Shown one piece after another: positions 59,216 to 64,000 of a DNA stretch of 64,000 nucleotides. Source of the stretch: Thermomonas sp. Its GTDB lineage: Bacteria > Pseudomonadota > Gammaproteobacteria > Xanthomonadales > Xanthomonadaceae. The position numbers and the translations under genes are program-made. The first letter of the stretch is position 1, and each line of letters starts with the position of its first letter. The notes under the pieces were generated by a model, which saw only the letters and a list, made by a program, of their open reading frames with translations, did not search any database and was not told the origin of the DNA. The stretch is taken from the NCBI RefSeq assembly GCF_035369645.1, contig NZ_DAOOUM010000001.1:21491-85490 (forward strand), read 5' to 3'.

Positions 59216-59853
59216 GGCGGCAGGCAGGCGGGTTCACCTTGTTGGAAGTCTTGCTAGCCGTGACCCTGCTGGCGGCGGCCTTGGCGCTGGGGTTTGGGGT
59301 GGTGCGTGCGGCCGGGGCCACGGTGGCACGCGGCGAGTTGGTGAGCCAGCGCAATGAGCGCATGCGCGCGGTATCGGATTTTTTGCGCCAGCGCATCGGT
59401 GGCGCGCAGGGCATCGTGTTTGCGTTCGACCGCCAGAGCGGGCGTTCCCTGCGCTTCGAAGGGACTGCGCAGTCGCTGCGTTTCGTCGCCGACTTGCCTG
59501 ATTATTTGGGACGCGGCGGCCCGCATCTGCATGTGCTGTCCGTGGGTGATGACGGTACCGGCAAAGGCAAGGCATTGGAGGTGGTGTTTCGGCTGGTGCA
59601 GGCCGCCGAGGCGCGTGCACCCACGCGGCCACCCGAGCCCTTGGCCGAAGGACTGACTCGGGTTGAATTTGCCTATCGCTCACTGGATGACAGCGGCAAG
59701 CTGGGCGCGTGGCAGGCGCCGTGGGAGAACCCCGAAGCGTTGCCGCTCCAGGTGCGTGTGCGGATTGCCGACGCGCAGGGCGAATGGCCGGATGTGGTGA
59801 TTTCACTGCCGCAGGCGGGTAGCTATCTGGCGGGCGGGCGGGCCAAATCATGA
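59212..59853 (+). CDS. gspJ: T2SS minor pseudopilin J
   Basis: GTG start; GGFTLLEVLLAV, LPLQVRVRI. Confidence 0.9.
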   Translation: MRRQAGGFTLLEVLLAVTLLAAALALGFGVVRAAGATVARGELVSQRNERMRAVSDFLRQRIGGAQGIVFAFDRQSGRSLRFEGTAQSLRFVADLPDYLGRGGPHLHVLSVGDDGTGKGKALEVVFRLVQAAEARAPTRPPEPLAEGLTRVEFAYRSLDDSGKLGAWQAPWENPEALPLQVRVRIADAQGEWPDVVISLPQAGSYLAGGRAKS

Positions 59854-60707
59854 TGCAGATGCGTGCGCGCTCTAGACAGCCAACATCGGCACGCGGTGCG
59901 GCCCTGCTGCTGGTGCTATGGCTGGTGCTGCTCTTGGCCGGACTGGTGGCCGGCTATGCACTGACCGCGCGGGTGGAGTCGTTGCAGGGCAATGGCATGG
60001 CGCGTAGTTTGCTTGCGCGTGAGGCAGCCCGGGCCGGCGTGGAATACGCCGCTGCACGCATGTTGGAGCAAGACCCCAGCCGACGTTGGGCGGTGGACGG
60101 GCGGCAGTACCGGTTCGATTTCGATGGCGTGCCGGTTACCCTCAACGTGCGCGACGAGGCGGGTAAGATCGACCTCAATACCGCATCGCTCGACCTCATC
60201 AGCCAACTGTTCCAAACCTTGGGCGAACCGCGCGAAGCGGCCGATCAATTGGCCGGTGCAGTGGTCGATTGGCGCGACCCCGACAACCTGACCCAGCCGG
60301 GCGGTGGTGCCGAGGATGCAGACTATCTGGCGGCCGGCTTGACCTGGGGGGCCAAGGACGCACCGTTTGAATCGGTGGCTGAGCTGGAACAAGTCTTGGG
60401 CATGCGGCCAGATTTGTTTGCCGCCGCCGCCCCGCACTTGACCGTGTTCACCGGGCAGCCGCTACCGGACGTGAATTTTGCCGATGCCGTGGTGCGCAAA
60501 GCGATGGGGGCACCGGAAAAAACCGATCCCATCGACCCAGCCGCGCCCCCGCTGCCGGGCAGCGGCACGTATAGTATTGAAAGCCGTGCCCGGCTCACCA
60601 ATGGGCGCAGCGTACGACTTTCGGTGGTGCTCAGAATGGGGGGCAGCGGATTGCCAGGTTCGACATACACAACGCTGCACTGGCAGACGGGGGGCGTGGC
60701 TCCGTGA
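59850..60707 (+). CDS. gspK: T2SS minor pseudopilin K
   Basis: RGAALLLVLWLV, DEAGKIDLN, VDWRDPD, ELEQVLGM. Confidence 0.92.
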   Translation: MMQMRARSRQPTSARGAALLLVLWLVLLLAGLVAGYALTARVESLQGNGMARSLLAREAARAGVEYAAARMLEQDPSRRWAVDGRQYRFDFDGVPVTLNVRDEAGKIDLNTASLDLISQLFQTLGEPREAADQLAGAVVDWRDPDNLTQPGGGAEDADYLAAGLTWGAKDAPFESVAELEQVLGMRPDLFAAAAPHLTVFTGQPLPDVNFADAVVRKAMGAPEKTDPIDPAAPPLPGSGTYSIESRARLTNGRSVRLSVVLRMGGSGLPGSTYTTLHWQTGGVAP

Positions 60708-61864
60708 GTGCACAGCGCGCAGGGGGGGCATGGCTGACGCAGTCCGGAGTGGGGCTGCGCGGGCTGCTGACATGGTGGGGGCATAGTCTGGCCGCGTGGT
60801 TGCCAGCAGGGATGCGCCGGGTCTTGGTGCCGGGCCAGCAACGCCTGTGGTTGCAGCCGCAGGGCGATGCCCTGCATTTGCTGTTACAAGGCGAGGGCGG
60901 CCCACGGGAGTTGGCGGCTTTGCCATTGCCATTGCCTGCCGGTAGTGACCCATTGCAGCGGGTATTGCACGAGCCGGCGCGCGATTATCCACGGGGGCTG
61001 CTACTGCCCGACCGTGTGGGGCTGCGCCGCAGCTTGGTGCTGCCGGCCGCAGCACGCGAACGCCTGCGTGAAGTGCTGGGGTTTGAGATTGAACGGCAAA
61101 CCCCATTTGCGACAGCCGATGTGCTGTACGACGGGCGTTTGCTGCATGTGCGTGACGATGGTCAGTTGCAGGTCGAATTGGTGGTTTTGCCGAAGGCGCA
61201 TTTCGATGCCGCCTGCGTGCGTTTGGGCGGTGCCGCGCAGGCATGGTCTGCGGTCGACCTAAGTGGTGCCGACGGGCAGTTGCTGGGGGTCAACCTGCTG
61301 CCGCCTACGCAGCGCAGCCAACAGCACGACAGCTGGCGCTGGTGGAACCTGGGTCTGGCGGTAGTGGCCTTGTTGGCGCTGATGTTGGGCATGGCGCAAT
61401 TGGTGGACAACCGTCGCGCTGCGGCCATGACCTTGAAGGCGCAAATGCAAGCGCGTGAAACCCAAGCACGAACGATTGCCAGTGAACGCCAACGCTTGCT
61501 CGATACCGTGGAAGGCGAAGCCTATCTGCGCGCCCAGCGCAATGACCGGCCACCGGTGGCCGAAGTCATGCAAACCCTGGCACAACGCCTGCCCGACGGC
61601 ACCTATCTGGAAAAAATGTCGGTGGATGGTGACCAGCTCAGCGTGATTGGCCTGTCCAGCCAAGCTGCGGCCTTGGTCGGCAAATTGGAAGGTGCGCCGC
61701 AGTGGAGTGCGCCGGCATTGAGTGGGGCGTTGCAACAAGACCCACGCACGCGCATGGATCGCTTCACCTTGGTCGCGCAATTGTCGGGCAAACCGGGCAC
61801 CACCACGCCGATCGCATCGGCCACAGCCGCCGCATCGCCGGCAGCAGCGGAGGGGCCACGATGA
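60704..61864 (+). CDS. gspL: T2SS protein L (XpsL, PilN-like C-terminal domain)
   Basis: WWGHSLAAWLP, VLGFEIERQTPF, GVNLLP, single TM, LPDGTYLEK. Confidence 0.88.
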   Translation: MSAQRAGGAWLTQSGVGLRGLLTWWGHSLAAWLPAGMRRVLVPGQQRLWLQPQGDALHLLLQGEGGPRELAALPLPLPAGSDPLQRVLHEPARDYPRGLLLPDRVGLRRSLVLPAAARERLREVLGFEIERQTPFATADVLYDGRLLHVRDDGQLQVELVVLPKAHFDAACVRLGGAAQAWSAVDLSGADGQLLGVNLLPPTQRSQQHDSWRWWNLGLAVVALLALMLGMAQLVDNRRAAAMTLKAQMQARETQARTIASERQRLLDTVEGEAYLRAQRNDRPPVAEVMQTLAQRLPDGTYLEKMSVDGDQLSVIGLSSQAAALVGKLEGAPQWSAPALSGALQQDPRTRMDRFTLVAQLSGKPGTTTPIASATAAASPAAAEGPR

Positions 61865-62478
61865 GTCCTACCAAGACGCCTTCCGCACGTGATCGCTGGC
61901 TGGCACTGGCACTGCTGCTGGTGGTATCAGGGCTGCTGTGGCTGCTGCTGTGGCCGCTGTTCGGGCAACCGTTGCAACAGGCCAATGCGGAGCTAGCTGA
62001 GCTGCAAACCCGCGATGCACGCCTGCGTAGCGTGCTGGGGCAAAAGACCTTGGTCGAACAGCGTTTGGCTGCATTGGCTGCGCGCGGGGGTGGTTCTGGA
62101 TTTCTGAGCGAACCCACCGCCGAGTTGGCCACGGCCGGGTTGATTCAGCAGTTGGAACAAGTGGTCAGCGAGGCCAGCCCCGGCAGTCGCGGCTGCGCTT
62201 TGGTCAACCGCACGCCCTTGGGTGATGAAGCCCAAAACGGGCGTTATCGCCGGGTCACCGTGCAAGTGCGCCTGCGTTGCGGCAATGCCGAAACCTTGGC
62301 GGTACTGCATGCGCTGCAATCGGCGCGCCCCTATTTGTTTATCGACGGTCTGGCCATTACCGCGCAGCGCTATTTCGCGGTGCCGGGCAGCGGCCAACCG
62401 CAGGAAGGCGGGCTGGATGTGAATTTCAATCTGTACGGCTATCTGCGTCCGGGCCCGGGAGGTGCACGTGGCCACTGA
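61861..62478 (+). CDS. gspM: T2SS protein M
   Basis: RDRWLALALLL TM, coiled coil, LQSARPYLFIDGL, LDVNFNLYGYL. Confidence 0.88.
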   Translation: MSPTKTPSARDRWLALALLLVVSGLLWLLLWPLFGQPLQQANAELAELQTRDARLRSVLGQKTLVEQRLAALAARGGGSGFLSEPTAELATAGLIQQLEQVVSEASPGSRGCALVNRTPLGDEAQNGRYRRVTVQVRLRCGNAETLAVLHALQSARPYLFIDGLAITAQRYFAVPGSGQPQEGGLDVNFNLYGYLRPGPGGARGH

Positions 62479-63256
62479 ACAGGCGGGGATGCAGCGTTTT
62501 CTGCGCGCCGGGCCGTTGACATGGGTGTTGGCGGCGGTCTGCGCCTGGGCGTTGCTGCTGTGGTTGGGCAGCTTGCTGGGCATGGGCGCGCGTCCGGGCG
62601 CGATGCCAGCACTGCCGGCGCAAGCACTGCCATCGCCGGCGGCGGTGGTGCCCGATCGCATTGGGCCATTGGCGCAATATGCCGAAGCGGCGGCACGGCC
62701 TTTGTTTACCGAAGACCGCAAGCCGCGCGCGTTTTTGGCCACCGCACCGGAAGACGGCGACGCTGCGGCCAGTAGCAGCATGAATTTCATCCTGACCGGG
62801 GTGTTGATCAGCCCCGCTGTGCGTTTGGCGATCCTGCAACCCAATGGCGGCGGGCAGTCCCAGCGTGTGCGCGTGGGCAGCACCCCGGAAGGTGCCGCCG
62901 GCTGGCGTCTGCTCGACGTGCAGCCGCGCCGCGCCGTGTTTGAAGGCCCGAGCGGGCAGATGACGCTGGACCTGCGCACTTTTGGTGTGGCGGGTGCACC
63001 GGCTGGAGTTGTGAAGGCTGCCACCGAAGCTGCCGCTGCCGCCGAAGCTGCCGCCGCAGGTCCACCGATGCCGCCACCAACGCCGGATGAAGCCAAGCGA
63101 ATCGAAGAAATCCGCAAGCGCATCGAAGCCCGGCGTGCGCAGTTGCAATCACATAATCCACCGCCGCCACCGGTACCACACGCCAGCAATGCGGCCAGCA
63201 ATACGACCAGCACAACTGCCAGTTCCCGACCGGGGCTGCAGGAGGTGAAAGAATGA
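62468..63256 (+). CDS. xpsN: T2SS protein XpsN (GspC-like)
   Basis: TM, Pro-rich linker, RPLFTEDRKP, LTGVLISP, WRLLDVQPRRAVFEG; located between M and D as in xps clusters. Confidence 0.8.
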   Translation: MATEQAGMQRFLRAGPLTWVLAAVCAWALLLWLGSLLGMGARPGAMPALPAQALPSPAAVVPDRIGPLAQYAEAAARPLFTEDRKPRAFLATAPEDGDAAASSSMNFILTGVLISPAVRLAILQPNGGGQSQRVRVGSTPEGAAGWRLLDVQPRRAVFEGPSGQMTLDLRTFGVAGAPAGVVKAATEAAAAAEAAAAGPPMPPPTPDEAKRIEEIRKRIEARRAQLQSHNPPPPPVPHASNAASNTTSTTASSRPGLQEVKE

Positions 63257-64000
63257 TCCAACCCCATGCCATGACCCGGATGTTCCAGCCCATGACTGTG
63301 CGCAATGTTTCGATTTCCTTGTTGGCCGGGGCATTGGCCGCCTGCGCCAGCGCCCCGCAACCGTTGGTATCCCGCAATCATCGTGTCGATGCGGATGCAG
63401 CGCAGGCCAGCACCGGTGATATTCGCAAGGACGTCTTGCAAGAGCTCGGCAGTGACGGCCCGCAGCCGGTGATACGTCGTGGCAGTGGCGCCACCATCAA
63501 TCAAAAGGTGGCCAGCGCGCCACCGCCGGCACTGGCCAGCAGCGGGCAGGCCAGCTTCAATTTTGAAGGGGAATCCTTGCAGGCGGTGGTCAAGGCCATT
63601 TTGGGCGACATGCTGGGGCAGAGCTACAGCATTGCGCCGGGGGTGCAGGGCACGGTGACCGTGGCCACCCAAAAACCGGTAGGTTCGGCCGGTGCACTCA
63701 GTCTGCTGGATCAGGTGTTGGCGCAAAACAACGCACGCATGGTGTATAGCGATGGTCGCTACAACATCGTGCCGGCGGATCAGGCCTTGCAAAACGGGGC
63801 GGTGTTGCGCAGCGGTTCGCCGGCGTTGGCGCGGGGGTTTGAATCGCGGGTGGTGCCACTGCACTACGTGTCGGCCACCGAAATGGAAAAAATCCTCAAG
63901 CCTTACGCGCGGCAGGGCTCCATCGTCACCGTCGATGGCGCGCGCAACCTGATCACCATTGCCGGCACCCGTTCCGAACTCGAAAACTATCTGCGCACCA
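63253..64000 (+). CDS. gspD: T2SS secretin D (lipoprotein type), truncated at the right edge
   Basis: Hand translation from ATG 63253: lipobox ALAA-C, FNFEGESLQAVVKAILGDML, PGVQGTVT, VVPLHYVSATEM, RNLITIAGT (secretin N domains). Confidence 0.92.
   Translation, partial: MIQPHAMTRMFQPMTVRNVSISLLAGALAACASAPQPLVSRNHRVDADAAQASTGDIRKDVLQELGSDGPQPVIRRGSGATINQKVASAPPPALASSGQASFNFEGESLQAVVKAILGDMLGQSYSIAPGVQGTVTVATQKPVGSAGALSLLDQVLAQNNARMVYSDGRYNIVPADQALQNGAVLRSGSPALARGFESRVVPLHYVSATEMEKILKPYARQGSIVTVDGARNLITIAGTRSELENYLRT

Overview
A GC-rich chromosomal window from a gammaproteobacterium. The xps-type T2SS, split nrdJa/nrdJb, fused IOR and gene content point to Lysobacteraceae/Xanthomonadaceae; this is inference from gene content. 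It is mostly housekeeping: fused indolepyruvate ferredoxin oxidoreductase (cut by the left edge), rpoH, ung, ubiE, mreBCD-mrdA-rodA, ftsEX, rhlB-trxA-rho, mltB-rlpA-dacA-ybeD-lipB-lipA-prc, two EamA transporters, a MacAB-like exporter divergent from an ABC-2 + DesK/DesR-like module, pepB, an elaB/yqjE/yqjK-like trio, degQ, class II ribonucleotide reductase and xpsF-N,D (cut by the right edge). I found no transposase, integrase, phage gene, CRISPR array, tRNA or rRNA. The most unusual items are: (1) a histone-H1-like Lys/Ala protein gene lying between nrdJa and nrdJb, downstream of tandem NrdR boxes; (2) a ~1 kb LprI-type lipoprotein cassette with its own promoter, bracketed by two identical 32-bp terminator copies; (3) a peptidoglycan-binding/amphipathic-helix protein between rhlB and ftsE; (4) no gspE/xpsE at the head of the T2SS cluster; (5) an apparent block swap that separates rodA from mltB and ftsEX from ung-rpoH. 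All product calls come from motif recognition by eye, with no database searches. Start codons were often moved inward from the ORF track based on RBS and homology.
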